Both the position numbers and the translations under genes were made by a program. A model generated the notes under the pieces. That model had not been told where the DNA came from and searched no databases. It saw only the letters and a program-made list of their open reading frames with translations. A stretch of 64,000 bases of DNA from Octopus bimaculoides (Eukaryota): NCBI RefSeq assembly GCF_001194135.2, contig NC_068985.1, forward strand, positions 124,931,026 to 124,995,025, given 5' to 3'. Positions 27,330-41,713 of the stretch are shown here, in pieces (within the stretch, counting starts at the first letter, position 1; every line of letters begins with the position of its first letter).

Positions 27330-28270
27330 TCAATATATCCATCAATATATCCATCATTATCTTCATTGTCGCTTATGGTCCCGTACCCCGCCATTTCCCA
27401 TGCCTCATTCATGTACAAAGCATATGTCATGTTAGGGCCACCCGGCCATATGCGACATTCCTCTTTCAGTCTTTTCAGCTTTTCCCACACGGAAAACCTT
27501 ATGACCTCCACAGATATCTGCGGAGGCCATTCAGGATCCCGTGTGCAGACGGGATCCCAAATGCACACTGTCTCTTTGTGTTCCTCCATTTTTTTCCACC
27601 TCCCCGCCATTGTAGATGAAGATAAGTAATTCTTCAATTTTAAGGGTGGGGGTCGTTTCTTCCACCGTCGGTGGCACAATTCCCACCGACGAAGGCTCTT
27701 CTACCGTCAGTGGCACAACTCCCACTGACGGACCTTCGGGACATGCAAACGGCACACCATCATCCACCTGCAATGACCCGTTCTTTCTTTTTATCCTTTT
27801 CTTCCTGACTTCGGGAGAGTGGAGCTCTTCCGCTTTGTCTGGAGTCTCTCCCCCACCTCCCGAAGCCTTAGGGTCATTCGGCAGGCAACCGTTGTTACCC
27901 ACTTTCTTTCTTTTTAATCCTTTTTGGGTTGAGGAGGCTGAAGCCTCCTCAACCACATCCACCTATCCCTTTGACCGGGTAGGGGAGGTGGCCTCCAGTA
28001 ACTGTTCCAGAACCTTACCATGGTCCTGGGGGCAGTTCTTTCTTATGTAGCCTGGCTCCAGGTACGAGTGGCATTTGAAGGGGCGTCCCTCAAGTATCAC
28101 CGGATACCTGCAGTCAGCCATTTAAAAAAAAAATCTGGAAAAACCAGATCTGTTGCGGCCGATCCAATCGACCATTCCCAATCGACCGCCGACGATACCC
28201 TTACATTTAAGAGCCTGTGCCCGCTATCCCCCAGGCCCCGTCGGGTAGTATCTTCAATCCAACCCGCCTC
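27330..28270 (-). mobile_element. Decayed gag-like ORF1 of an L1/Tx1-like non-LTR retrotransposon
   Basis: Minus strand RYPVILEGRPFKCHSYLEPGYIRKNCP keeps CX2CX4HX4C spacing with C>Y and H>Y changes; it continues through one stop into ORF 27531-27962; GC-rich relative to flanks; 39-bp internal tandem duplication near 27657-27735. Confidence 0.7.
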
Positions 28271-28272
28271 TT

Positions 28273-28440
28273 AAGTACGAAATAGCCCGGCTATAAAAAA
28301 TGAGTAAGGTGAAGATAGCGCCAATTATTGTTGGGTTCTTGAGGACAGTCTCAGGAGGCATATAAAGGAAATTGGAATAGAGTACCCAGTAGAACTGTTA
28401 CAAAAGGTTTGCCTCCTTGGCACGACCAGAAGTAAGAGAG
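28273..28440 (+). mobile_element. 3' end of an R4/Dong-like non-LTR retrotransposon
   Basis: Reads KYEIARL*KMSKVKIAPIIVG..KEIGIEYPVELLQKVCLLGTTR; same family as 10860-11265. Confidence 0.7.
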
Positions 28441-28666
28441 GACACATTCGGCAATGTAGTGCTAGAGACGATGGTTATGGTTGGAATAGCTGGGTACTTT
28501 GGGCATCGCATGTTTGTCGAATAAGAGGTGATCTTGTGCTGATCATTAGCAACAATCACAATAGGAGGCAAAATAACATCATCAGTACCACCACCACCAC
28601 CGCCACCACCACAACCACCACCGCCGTCATCATCATCATCATCATCATCATCANNNNNNNNNNCCG

Positions 28667-28729
<63 letters not shown>

Positions 28730-29671
28730 ACGACAACAAACAGCAGCAGCTGCAATAACCTCTACAATTATATATTTGGTTGTTCCTTTTGTTGTTGTTG
28801 TTGTTTGTGTTGTTTTTACTGCTTGTCTCCATAAGGTGTAACTGTGTTTTGTGAGTTGTTATTGGTTTTCTCAGTGGAAAAGATAGTGCGAAAGAATGGA
28901 AAAAGAAATCAAATAGGTTTTTGCAGTGCATCACCTTGATCCGGCGTCTCGTCTAGCATCGTCCTCGCCTTGCCTCGCCTTGTCCTACATCGTCTCACCT
29001 CCTGCCACACCATATTACCAAACAGATCATCCTCTCAAATTCACACACACACACACACACACACTCATACGCGCACGCCCACACGCTTACACATAGGCAC
29101 TTACCCACACGCTTACGCTCACTCGCGCACGCACACAAATACACGCACACACACATATATACTCTTATAGATATACAGACACATAAACAAACACACATAT
29201 AAACATACATAAATATGTATATACTTATATACATATACATACATATATATGTGTGTGAGTGTGCATATATATANNNNNNNNNNNNNNNNNNNNNNNNNNN
29301 NNNNNNNNNNNNNNNNNNNNNNNNNNNNNNNNNNNNNNNNNNNNNNNNNNNNNNNNNNNNNNNNNNNNNNNNNNNNNNNNNNNNNNNNNNNNNNNNNNNN
29401 NNNNNNNNNNNNNNNNNNNNNNNNNNNNNNNNNNNNNNNNNNNNNNNNNNNNNNNNNNNNNNNNNNNNNNNNNNNNNNNNNNNNNNNNNNNNNNNNNNNN
29501 NNNNNNNNNNNNNNNNNNNNNNNNNNNNNNNNNNNNNNNNNNNNNNNNNNNNNNNNNNNNNNNNNNNNNNNNNNNNNNNNNNNNNNNNNNNNNNNNNNNN
29601 NNNNNNNNNNNNNNNNNNNNNNNNNNNNNNNNNNNNNNNNNNNNNNNNNNNNNNNNNNNNNNNNNNNNNNN

Positions 29672-29779
29672 CCACCACCACCACCACCACCACCACCACC
29701 ACCTCCACCATAACCACTATCACCACTAAATTCGTTGACAATGATACCACCCCCGCTACCGCCCCACCACAACCACCAT

Positions 29780-29827
<48 letters not shown>

Positions 29828-29931
29828 CACAACCACCATCACCACCACAACCACCTCCACCATAACCACTGTCACCACTAAATTCGTTGACAATAATACC
29901 ACCTCCGCTACCGCCCCACCACAACCACCAT

Positions 29932-29985
<54 letters not shown>

Positions 29986-30297
29986 AATCAAATCCACTGT
30001 CGATATCACCTCCTACCTTTAACAAGTTTCGCCACGAACGGTAACACCAACACTACCACTATCAACTCTAGAACCACCACCATATACCTCTACTTTCACT
30101 ACAATTACCACGATTACTACTTCCCCTACCGCCACCATCACCACCACCACCACCATTTGTCACCATCGGCATCACTACCATTTCTATTGCAACACACCGT
30201 CGTCATCCTCATGGGCACCGCTACCACCACCAGCACCACCTTTTCCTGCCCTCCTTCTCCTCTTCCTCATCCACTTCTACTATCTCCTCCTCCGCAC

Positions 30298-30355
<58 letters not shown>
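29672..30355. repeat. Low-complexity (CCA)n/(CTA)n region with a ~152-bp tandem duplication
   Basis: The core ctaaattcgttgacaat occurs at 29726 and 29878, with surrounding sequence also shared. Confidence 0.85.
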
Positions 30356-30797
30356 ATTGGTATGTAACTGATTGGAATCGATACTCGTCGTTATATAAAC
30401 GACTGGTACTCACATTGTCGGCATGTCGGGAAGGATAATCGCTGGAGTTTGCTTGGAAAGGAATTTGTAACCCAGAAAAGCGAAGAATTACGTACATTTA
30501 ACTTGTATGTTGCTTCATTGACCCTAAGCATTCCAACAAAGCGGATACAACAACAACAACAACAATAACAATAACAATAGCTGCAACATCAATAAGAATA
30601 GTAACAAAAAAATTGCAAAAGCTTTTAGCACACCAACAACAACAACAACTGCAACTCTACAATAACAAGAACAGCAACATCAATTACAATTACAATACCG
30701 ACAAAAACAACAATAACAATAGCAATAGCATTATCACTGAAAACAACAACAACTCTTTTAAAAAACATTTCTTTCTCACATTCTCTCTCCCTCTCTG

Positions 30798-30862
<65 letters not shown>

Positions 30863-31260
30863 NNNNNNNNNNNNNNNNNNNNNNNNNNNNNNNNNNNNNN
30901 NNNNNNNNNNNNNNNNNNNNNNNNNNNNNNNNNNNNNNNNNNNNNNNNNNNNNNNNNNNNNNNNNNNNNNNNNNNNNNNNNNNNNNNNNNNNNNNNNNNN
31001 NNNNNNNNNNNNNNNNNNNNNNNNNNNNNNNNNNNNNNNNNNNNNNNNNNNNNNNNNNNNNNNNNNNNNNNNNNNNNNNNNNNNNNNNNNNNNNNNNNNN
31101 NNNNNNNNNNNNNNNNNNNNNNNNNNNNNNNNNNNNNNNNNNNNNNNNNNNNNNNNNNNNNNTATATATATAAACATATATATACATATATGTGTGTGTA
31201 TGTGTGTTTGTGTGTATATTGTCTTAATTTATAAGTTTCAGTCATACAGCTTCGGGCTGA

Positions 31261-31311
<51 letters not shown>

Positions 31312-31336
31312 GACTCTCCCTTTCTCTGTCTCCCTT

Positions 31337-31367
<31 letters not shown>

Positions 31368-31906
31368 CCCTCTCTCACTTTGATGTTTTTTTTGTCTACT
31401 TTCACTTTCACTTTCACTTTCAGATTCAGAAATTATCTCGGTTTATATGCATTCTGTTCATTTTGGCATGATCTGTGTTCGCTGTCACCCCGAAGTAGCC
31501 ATCACGATTTCATGCCTTTAGAATATAAGCATAAATGTCTTATTACCATTATCTTCCCTGCATCCTTAGAAACAATAATCTCAAGAAGTAAATGCTATTC
31601 ATATATTTTTGTTCCGCGAGTACTCTCGTATGTTAGATGCGAAGTTATATAAGTGATATCAGTTATATAAATTCCAAGAGTTTTGTGCGATGATACTTGT
31701 TATACATCTTTTTATCTATTAAGTTATATATCTCCCGTTTGTCAGTCTATCTATCAATTTGTCTGTCTGTCTGTCAGTCCATCTATTTATTTATATATAA
31801 TATAAACATAAAAACATTCAAATATATATATATATGTCTGTGCATCTACCTCTCTGTTTGTCTGTCAGTCTATCCATCTATTTATCTATATATGATATAA
31901 TCATAG

Positions 31907-31947
<41 letters not shown>

Positions 31948-31976
31948 TATATATATTTATATCTATCTATCTATCA

Positions 31977-32016
<40 letters not shown>

Positions 32017-32789
32017 GTCTGTCCGTCTGTCTGTCCGTCTGTCTGTCTGTCTGTCTGTCTGTCTATACTTCATTTTAATCTTTCTTCTCAGTATTCCTTC
32101 TGTTTAGTCACTCAGCCTCATTCATTCTTCTTCTCTCCTTTCACTCATTCTTCCCTTACTTCTCTCTTATTCCTTAAAGCTCATCCATTCCACTCTCTTC
32201 TTTTGACTATTACAGTCTCATTCGTTCATTTGCATAGTTTCATTCATTCAGTGACTCATTCTTTTTTCCTTCGATTATTCCTGTTCCATTCATTCCTTTT
32301 CATCCCTCATTCGTTTTTCATCCAACTACTTCATTAATTCATCCTATTTATCTTACATTTTACTTTTGTCCATTTCAGTTTCATTTACCCCTCTATTCTT
32401 CTTTTTATCTTTCATTACTTTAGTATTTCATGTTTTCATTTCGTTCAATCATTCACTCATTCTTTTGATATGTATTTTTATGAGAAACTCCATTTCTTTT
32501 TTTTATTGTATTCTTTCTGTCTCCCTAGGATTCTTTCTTTCATTCATTTACTCTTCCTTCCTTCCTTTCTTTCTTTCTTTCTTTCTATACACACACACAT
32601 GTATGTGTTAACTTGTATGGATGCATGTGTATATGTGTATATACTTATGTGTATAAATATATACGTGTATATACATATATATATGTAGTTGTGTGTGTGT
32701 CTGTGTGTGTGTGCGTATGTATCTGCACTCTTATGTTTGAGTCTGCATGTATGTTTTATACATGTTCGTCATTGTGTATGAAAATGTCT

Positions 32790-33000
32790 GTGTATTTACA
32801 TTTAAATGATATATTGTTGGAGCCATTAATTGTGGAAATGCAATAACCTAATTAGTTTCTTTTGGTTCTTTGAGGTCCAGCTTCTCGATAATGGTACTAA
32901 GGTACTTAGATATATAACCAATTACCCTAAGAAAATGTATTCTTGTAAAATGAAACCTTCGTGTATGTGTACAGTAGATTTTCTACTTCAATTTTATAAC
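32790..33000 (-). mobile_element. Highly decayed REL-type non-LTR retrotransposon C-terminus
   Basis: Minus strand VIGYISKYLSTIIEKLDLKEPKETN resembles LGFVSKCLKVNRDKLGFSESE of 11868-12150. Confidence 0.4.
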
Positions 33001-33223
33001 CACAAATTAATAAATTTCTCTATGTTAATACGATCTCTTTAAAAATCGTTATATTACACTAAAATAGCCATCTTTACATCATACTTAATGCATATACATC
33101 GTCGATTAGGAAAATTCCTACGGTATTCGTCTGGAGATAGCATCTCTTATGGATGTGATGTGTTTAAAAACACAACGTATATCGGTGGGAGACAAAAATC
33201 GCCCCAGGAGTGGTTGGCAAGAA

Positions 33224-33265
33224 GGCTAGATGTATTTCGGCCTAGTTAGGCCTCATCAATGGCAT
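33224..33265 (-). ncRNA. Degenerate minimal hammerhead ribozyme motif
   Basis: Minus strand gcca-TTGATGA-GGCCTaactAGGCC-GAAA-TACATC-tagcc; strong stem II, C3U change, one mismatch in stem I. Confidence 0.5.
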
Positions 33266-33667
33266 GCGCTCACAATCATATGCTTGGACGAGTTTTGTTG
33301 CCTCAATATATAGGAAACATTGAATACAACATATACTAATCTAGCGAATAGCTCCCCAAAATTGCTATACTAAAATGCTGTACATAGAACTGAAGCAGTA
33401 TTAAACTGAAATAGCCATCAATGTTTCATAATTAATCTACATGCATCGATGGCAGCTAAGTTACTGTGATATTTGTTTTAAAACACAGTACTTCTATAAG
33501 AGATGTTATCTCTGGACAGACACAGCAGAATCTTGCCTGTCAAAGGCTATTTTAATTTAACACTGCTTTAGGATTTTCATTTAGCCGAGCAGGTATTTGT
33601 AATACCAGCGTATTTTCTATTCATTTTTTCTATTTCGGACGTGACATGTCTTCCCCGATGTCTGTGT

Positions 33668-33732
<65 letters not shown>

Positions 33733-34194
33733 NNNNNNNNNNNNNNNNNNNNNNNNNNNNNNNNNNNNNNNNNNNNNNNNNNNNNNNNNNNNNNNNNNNN
33801 NNNNNNNNNNNNNNNNNNNNNNNNNNNNNNNNNNNNNNNNNNNNNNNNNNNNNNNNNNNNNNNNNNNNNNNNNNNNNNNNNNNNNNNNNNNNNNNNNNNN
33901 NNNNNNNNNNNNNNNNNNNNNNNNNNNNNNNNNNNNNNNNNNNNNNNNNNNNNNNNNNNNNNNNNNNNNNNNNNNNNNNNNNNNNNNNNNNNNNNNNNNN
34001 NNNNNNNNNNNNNNNNNNNNNNNNNNNNNNNNNNNNNNNNNNNNNNNNNNNNNNNNNNNNNNNNNNNNNNNNNNNNNNNNNNNNNNNNNNNNNNNNNNNN
34101 NNNNNNNNNNNNNNNNNNNNNNNNNNNNNNNNNNNNNNNNNNNNNNNNNNNNNNNNNNNNNNNNNNNNNNNNNNNNNNNNNNNNNNNNNNNNNN

Positions 34195-34253
<59 letters not shown>

Positions 34254-34868
34254 TTTTTTTAAACACAGCACGTTCGTAAGAGTTGTTATCCCTACGAATA
34301 CTGCAATAATATTCCTTAAGTATGATAGAGAAACCAGTATTTAAAAAAAATCTTTATTTAATGTAAAACAAAATAAATAAAAAATATGCCGAAAACATTC
34401 CCCCTATCGAATAACATTTTCGAGAAGGCATATTTTGTACATTTTCATGAATAAACTAATAAACTAATCTACTTTCTCTCATGCGTCCTAGCCTTAGCTA
34501 ACGCGTGCTACCTTATCACACCATATTGGGCTGGGTAATGTTAGATTAGTTAATTCGTGAAGATATGCAAAATATTTACATTCTAAATATATTTCTGCAC
34601 ATTAATAACGGTGGTAGAAATAATAACTTACGTTTATGCTTATCTTATATTTACCAAACATTCCATTGTAGAACGTCAAAAATATCATAAAACTATTCTT
34701 TCATTTTTTTTTATTCGATTCAGTCATTGGACTGCAACCATGCTGGGGCACCGTTTACTCGCTCAAATCGAACTTAATACTCATTTTTTTATTTTTTAAG
34801 TCTGGTACTTAGTTATTGTTCGCTCTTGCTGAACCGCTAATGGGTGTACAAATATGAAGGCACTCACA

Positions 34869-34905
<37 letters not shown>

Positions 34906-35030
34906 GTGTGTGCGTTATTTCTTTACTACCCACAAGGGGCTACACACAGAGGAGACAAACAAGGACAGACAAACGGATTAAGTCGATTATATCGACCCCA
35001 GTGCGTAACTGGTACTTATTTAATCGACCC

Positions 35031-35528
35031 CGGCTTCCATCCTGTTCATCAAAAATGTATGACGTCGTTATCATTGTGATACTGGTTCCCAGCCAAATGT
35101 TTTTTCATGTTGAGAAACAGATGATAGTCAGACGGGACCAAATCGACAGAAAGGAAGAGTGATCAACGAGTTCAAAGCCACAGTCACGCAATGGTAGTCA
35201 TTGAAATGAAGGACTTGTGCGTTGGAGCATTCTCCTGATGAAGCAACACTCCTTCCATCAGTCTTCCTGAGTGTTTGATCTCGATAGCCTTTCGTAACTG
35301 CCTCAGAAAGTTGGCATTGTACTTTCAAGTCAAGAAACACAATGCCTTTTGCAGTTCAAAGAAAGTGAGACACCGCCTTCCCTGCATGGATTGTCTCGTT
35401 GTCTCCGGCTCAAAGTGACGAAGCCAACACTCATCCTGGGTTAGGAAATCTCCAAAGAAACCAGTTGGATCTGTCTGAAACAATGTCAGCTTTTTCGGAG
35501 ATGTGATCAGCCTGGTGCACTTTTGATC
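35031..35528 (-). mobile_element. Mariner (DD34D) transposase catalytic-domain remnant
   Basis: Minus strand FLTQDECWLRHFEPETTRQSM..FLRQLRKAIEIKHSGRLMEGVLLHQENAPTH..DLVPSDYHLFLNMKKHLAG, with stops and deletions. Confidence 0.85.
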
Positions 35529-35573
35529 AAATGTCAAATCAAGTGTGTGTGTGTATGTGTGCGTGTGTGTGTT

Positions 35574-35690
<117 letters not shown>

Positions 35691-36189
35691 ACACACATAC
35701 ACGGCGGGCTTCCATGCAGTGTTCCCTTCGACCAAATTCACTCACAAAGCATTTGTCAGTTTGAAGCTACAGTAAAAGTCACTTGCAGCATAGTGGGACT
35801 GAACCCGAAAGCAGATTTCTTAACCATACGTTCATGTCTGTGCCTATTGATTTTAGTCTGACAAAATTCCCAACCCGTTGTGTCAAATCGTGTCATTCAG
35901 GCAACACGTGCTCGACAAAAAGCCAGCATATGTACGTACATCACGTGTGTACTCAAAAGTGAGTATATTATCCTGTGATTACGTGAACATTTCCTCCAAG
36001 AGACACTTTGACTGTATTTTAGCCGTATATATGTAAGTGAAGGTAGTTGGACTAACCTACTTAAACAGAAACTTGGAGGAGAAACACTCATCGTAGTAAA
36101 AAGTTAAAAATAGGTACATATCCTGTAAATTAAATAGTGCCGCTAACTTTGTCAAGAGCATCACTTCCTGGACCTGTGATAAATATATC

Positions 36190-36620
36190 ACATTCCTCCC
36201 AGAGATAGAAGAAAGCTACGAAATACCAGGACAATGAAAGTAATAAGACTTCTTCTAGAATTCCACTCTGTGATAGAAAATATCGATTGTGCCACTTCAG
36301 CATGGAAAATATGACTTATAACGTAATCACCAGCTCGCCATAAATGTCCAGAAAGTGTTATCTTTCCTTGAGACACGTAATTGTTCTTAACACTCTTCAT
36401 GGTAGGATCCACAGAAAGGATTACCTTGAAGGTCGTACCAGAGGCAAACCAACGTCAGAATGTATCAACACCTTTAAAAATAAGGATTTCTGGTAGAATA
36501 TTCCAATAATAACAACAACCCTCTGTAAACACAATAGACTTGATGTTGTTCTATGGGCCAAAGAACAGAATTCATATTATGTTGTAGAGGCAGGAAACGA
36601 ACATATACAACTGTGATTCT
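36190..36620 (+). mobile_element. Decayed REL-type non-LTR retrotransposon: CCHC finger and nuclease start
   Basis: Reads CDRKYRLCHFSMENMTYNVITSSP*MSRKCYLSLRH and FW*NIPIITTTLCKHNRLDVVLWAKEQNSYYVVE (HNRPD motif). Confidence 0.75.
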
Positions 36621-36768
36621 CAATCGTGGTCCATATGGCACCTGAGAGTCGATATAAGATTTTTGGGAGTGCACGCAACAAAATAGCAAATTGGAGATTC
36701 ATGATAGTAGTTTAAGGGCCCCTGAAAGAAATTTTGCTTTAGATGTATGTATTGGTAAGTATTGCAAT

Positions 36769-36892
36769 AGATGTATGTATGTAGATGTATGTATGTAGAT
36801 GTATGTATGTAGATGTATGTATGTAGATGTATGTATGTAGATGTATGTATGTAGATGTATGTATGTAGATGTATGTATGTAGATGTATGTAT
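36769..36892. repeat. 14-bp minisatellite (agatgtatgtatgt) x~9
   Basis: Eight perfect units plus a partial one. Confidence 0.95.
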
Positions 36893-37244
36893 CGGTATGT
36901 ATTGCAAGAATCAGCTTAGTTTCTTTCCCTAACATTTTACATAGTTCAACCTACGCAAGTTAATGTGTGAAAAGTATCTATAAAACTAGTTTTAAAACAT
37001 CGACTGGCTAGGGAAGAGGCCACCAGAATAAAATAGTAATCAAAGTGATTCATAGATAAAAAATACAATTTATAGTAAACTAATGAGAAAATTACACTTT
37101 TTATATTAAAGCTACAAAATTTCATTCGTACTTGTATCATGGGTTTACCTGGATATGCAACAACATATTTGCACTAGATACCTCCTATAATGGGATTTTC
37201 CAAACCACAATGACTCTCTTCTTTGCAATTCAGGGAAGATTTGC

Positions 37245-37324
<80 letters not shown>

Positions 37325-37520
37325 CATGCACGCACACGCATGCACACACACACACACACACAAATACATTCATACATACTCATATGCATACATACACACA
37401 TACATACATACATACAGGCGCAAACGCATACATAAACACATACATACATACATACATACACACACACACAGTTACATACATACATACACACATACACACA
37501 TATACATACATACATACATA

Positions 37521-37712
37521 CGATTGACCGTTGACTGGACACTATTCAATTTTTTTTCTCCGTGTTTTTCTCCTTGTCTCCGTATTCTTTCTGTTGAAGA
37601 GCGTAGCTCGAAACGTCAAAGACTTTCCGTATTCCCGAGCGTCATACTAATATATACTTTTGTTATTTACACCACCTGTCCTCGTCTGTTGTTGTTTTTT
37701 CGTACATTCTCC
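37521..37712 (+). mobile_element. Penelope-like repeat family P1, best copy, inserted in (TACA)n
   Basis: Contains tcttt-CTGTTGAA-GAGC-gta-GCTC-GAAA-CGTC-aaaga (37586-37622). Confidence 0.65.
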
Positions 37713-37906
37713 TACATACATACATACATACATACATACATACACAGACACACGAACAAACGCATCACATACAAAAAGATTAATGAAACAAACATTCAAA
37801 AAAAGATATCTAGATATTTACTATGCGGTGCCGTCTGCTGTAGCTACGGAAAGACCAATGTCCTGTGAGTAAATAAGGTAGACGAAAACTGTGTGGAAGC
37901 CTGTTG

Positions 37907-37939
<33 letters not shown>

Positions 37940-38549
37940 CTTTATGTTTATGCTTGTCCACCCACCTCCACTTGTCAACTGGTGTTGGCTTATTTTTGTA
38001 CCCGTAACTTAGAGGTTCAGTAAAGTGATAGTATAGACATTAAAGTAGAAAAAGACCCCAGGTGGTGCTATTGAGTTAGTCATAGCCTGGGCCGATAATA
38101 GCCGAAGCTAATCTAAGTTATCTTAGTACTAAACTTAAAAATTCAGTACTGTGAGTGATTTGTTCGACTTCTAGGCGTTGCACCAGCATGGCCGAGGGGC
38201 AGTAACTGAAACAAGTTTGAAAATAAAAGACAAAGATATCATATCATTATATGAGTGCAACTATATTCATACATACATTTATATGTATATATGTAGTATT
38301 GAGTACACTCCCGCCCCTCCAAAATAAACAAAACCAAAATCCTTGTTACTTTGTTAATCACCGGTCTGAAATTTGCAGAGAATTTAAATAAGTCAAAACA
38401 CACACACACACGTACATATATATATATGCGTACATGCATGCATACACAGTTAATGTCAAAATTCCAGTGAAACAGCTCTGTTCGTGGGTGGGAGTCGGGT
38501 TTCTTTTTCTATCGGTGAGAAATTTTTCAAATCAAAACTAGAACATAAG

Positions 38550-38582
<33 letters not shown>

Positions 38583-38661
38583 CACGCACACACACACACG
38601 CACGCACACACACACACACACACACAGTATATGCACACATTAGTGTGTTTACACTTCGATA

Positions 38662-38701
<40 letters not shown>

Positions 38702-39374
38702 AGAGAAAAAGAAGGAGTAATTATTATTTACGCTGACATTTTAACCGAAATGAACGGTTGTCTTATAATAAATCTTTCTTCACCATCGCTGTTAGGACTA
38801 CGAAGACCAACCATTATCCCCACCACTATCATTAGCATCGACAACACCACAATCAGTGGTTTCATCGTTATCACAACCAACGCCAACAGCACCATCATCA
38901 TCAGCAGCACCACCATCACAAGCAGCAACACCTTCATTCGCCCTTCCAATATTGTTAGCATCACAACGACTTCGTAACTAACATTTCATTCACCACCAAT
39001 TTTACCTCAAGATGTCGGTGCTTGGTAGGTTTGTTTGATTCGCTACAACACCCAAATCTCTCTCACATCTTACGCTACCGTTGAGAAAGAATAAAAGTCA
39101 TATTCTTGTAGAATGTATTCTTGGGTAAACAAAAATACTGGCAGGTCATGGTTGGAACCAGAGCCTATAAGTTTGAGAAACAGCCAGCACATTTGCACGA
39201 GTGTGCAGAGAACCAAGGAAGGGCACCTGACTTAAAATCCCGCAAGTCTGACTTTGCTCTCCAAATAGACTTTACTTGGTGGTCAATGAAAATTAGAACT
39301 GTTCATTGTTACCAATACTTCGTTGAATTTTCATTAAAGATTTGTATAAAAATGACATTACCACAAGCTTATAA

Positions 39375-39590
39375 GGCGGTGAGCTGTCAGAATCGTTAGC
39401 ACGCCAGGCAAAATGATTAGCTGCATTTCGTCCGTCTGCACGCTCTGAATTCAAATTCCGACGAGATCGACTTTGCCTTTCATCCTTTCGAGAGCGATAA
39501 AATAAGTACCAGTTGAGTATTAGGCTCGATCTAATCTACTATCCTCCTCCGTCAAATTCAGGCCTTATGCCTATAGTAGAATGGATTATT
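39375..39590 (+). mobile_element. SINE family B
   Basis: From aaggcggtgagctgtcagaatcgttagcacgcc to ggccttatgcctatagtagaatggattatt. Confidence 0.85.
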
Positions 39591-39786
39591 ACATGCTTAT
39601 AGTTTACTAAGCGCATGCCTTTCTATTGGAGTAAAAATGCTACAGTGTGTCCCCAAGTTTCCAGCAAACGCCTTAATGCACTCACTTCCAACATCTCAAA
39701 AATGATGGTGATTGTCATTAACAATCTTCTTCATAACCTTCAATCTCTCTTCCTCCTTAATAACTACTAATATGGCTTTTGTAGTG

Positions 39787-40030
39787 GAGGCGTATACCGT
39801 AGTGGTTAAGGTATTGGGTACATGATCGTAAGATTGTGGTTTCGATTCCTGGACCAGGTGATGCGTTGTGTTCTTGAGCAAAACACTTCATTCCCCGCTG
39901 CTCCAGTCCATTGTACTAGGGAAAAAATGAGTAATCCTACGATGGATTGGCGTCTCGTCCAAGGAAGAATATATATACCAGAGAAATCGGGAAACCGGTT
40001 TTATGCTCCCTACAGAGTAATGTGGACTAA
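39787..40030 (+). mobile_element. tRNA-derived SINE family C
   Basis: ggaggcgtataccgtagtggttaagg..ggtttcgattcctggacc..tgtgttcttgagcaaaacacttc. Confidence 0.8.
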
Positions 40031-40273
40031 CGAATATGGCTTTCTTAAAGTCATATCTACCAGAGAAGTTCTCTCTTATGTTACTCATCAGTGGGCCTCA
40101 TTTAAAAATGTGATGAAAACAGTACTGGGGTTCCCCTCATTAATAATGCTTTTGGCCATGTGTAGCATGTAAATCTCCTGTGAAAACGACCCAACTGTGA
40201 ACTTCATCCATCTCTCGTTTCTTAGAACGATGATTTGTCAGATCACACTGTCTCGACGTGTGCCAATAGAACG

Positions 40274-40380
<107 letters not shown>

Positions 40381-40389
40381 TCACACACT

Positions 40390-40700
40390 CTCTCAACTGT
40401 GGACTGCTCCAGGATTTGCTTTTAACTTCACACACTTCCTCTTATACTCTAATGACCTATCACTTTCAACTCTATCCACTCTTATGCAGATGATATCGCT
40501 TTTCACTACTCCGTAACTTTCCGAACACCATCGATATACAACATAGACATCTAATCCTAAACCTACATGGAATCCGTAAATAGTGGCTTTCAAAACATTC
40601 CCCAGCTGCGGCATGCCGGTCTTGCCTTGTTCAACCCCACAAAAGTACATTCACTATACAACTAAACCTTATACTTCACTAAACACGAACAGAACGCAAC
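40390..40700 (+). mobile_element. Reverse-transcriptase fragment of a CR1/Jockey-group LINE
   Basis: Frameshifted THFLLYSNDL..IHSYADDIAF..LALFNPTK (YADD catalytic motif). Confidence 0.75.
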
Positions 40701-40769
40701 TAAAAAGCTCAGAATCATTACACGTGCTAAACATCTCTACCACATTTTAACATCTAACCCACAGACGTG

Positions 40770-41110
40770 CTGTGTAATAGCTCAGTGGTTAGGGCATCGG
40801 GCTTACAATCATGAGGTAGTGAGTTCGATTCCTGGACCGGGCTCTGTTGTGTTCTTCAGCAAGACACTTTATTTCACGTTGCTCCAGTTTACTCAGCTGT
40901 AGAAATGAGTTGCGACGTCCCTGGTGCCAAGCTGTATCGGCCCCTTTGCCTTTCTCTTGGATAACATCAGTGGTGTGGAGAGGGGGAGGCTGGTATGCAT
41001 GGGTGACTGCTGGTCTTCCATAAAAAACATGCCCGGATTTGTGCCTCGGAGGGTAACTTTCTCGGTGCAATCCCAAGGTCATTCATAACCGAGGAGGGTC
41101 TTTACCCTAC
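40770..41110 (+). mobile_element. tRNA-derived SINE, family C-related with a different 3' tail
   Basis: tagctcagtggttagggc..gagttcgattcctggaccgggc..gtgttcttcagcaagacactt. Confidence 0.8.
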
Positions 41111-41459
41111 TGCTACTAAAGTGGTCGCTTCTCCCCAGTGCTTGTTGGTTTCGAACCATCTTCCTCAAATTCTTACGAATCGTTTGTCCGCCTCTCGTCC
41201 TCCACATTATGTCCAACAACCCCTTAGCTCATAACAGCCATTACTCTCATTTCTTCCTATCTTGAATGTTGTCCCTTTGGAATTCCCTTTATATACTTGC
41301 TTTTTTTTTTTTACTTATTTTCTGCAGCCGTCGATTTGCGACTAAGAGAAACTTTAACCCTACCGATCTCATTAATTTTGGGGGTGGGGACTGCGAAGAC
41401 CATGGTCACTGCCTCTCCTAGAAAAAAAAAAAGAAAATACCCCGCCTCCTCGACAGTAC

Positions 41460-41680
41460 TATCTTTTATCGTTTACCTGTTTCAGTCATTAGACTGCGGT
41501 CATGCTGGGGCACCGCCTTGAATTTTTGGTCGAATAAATCGACCTCAGTACTTATTTTTTAAGCCTGGTACTTATTCTGTTGGTCTCTTAGGGCGAACCG
41601 CTATGTTACGGGGATGCAAACACACCAACACCGGTTGTCAAGTGGGGATGGGAGGGACAAACACACACACAGGCACACAC

Positions 41681-41713
<33 letters not shown>

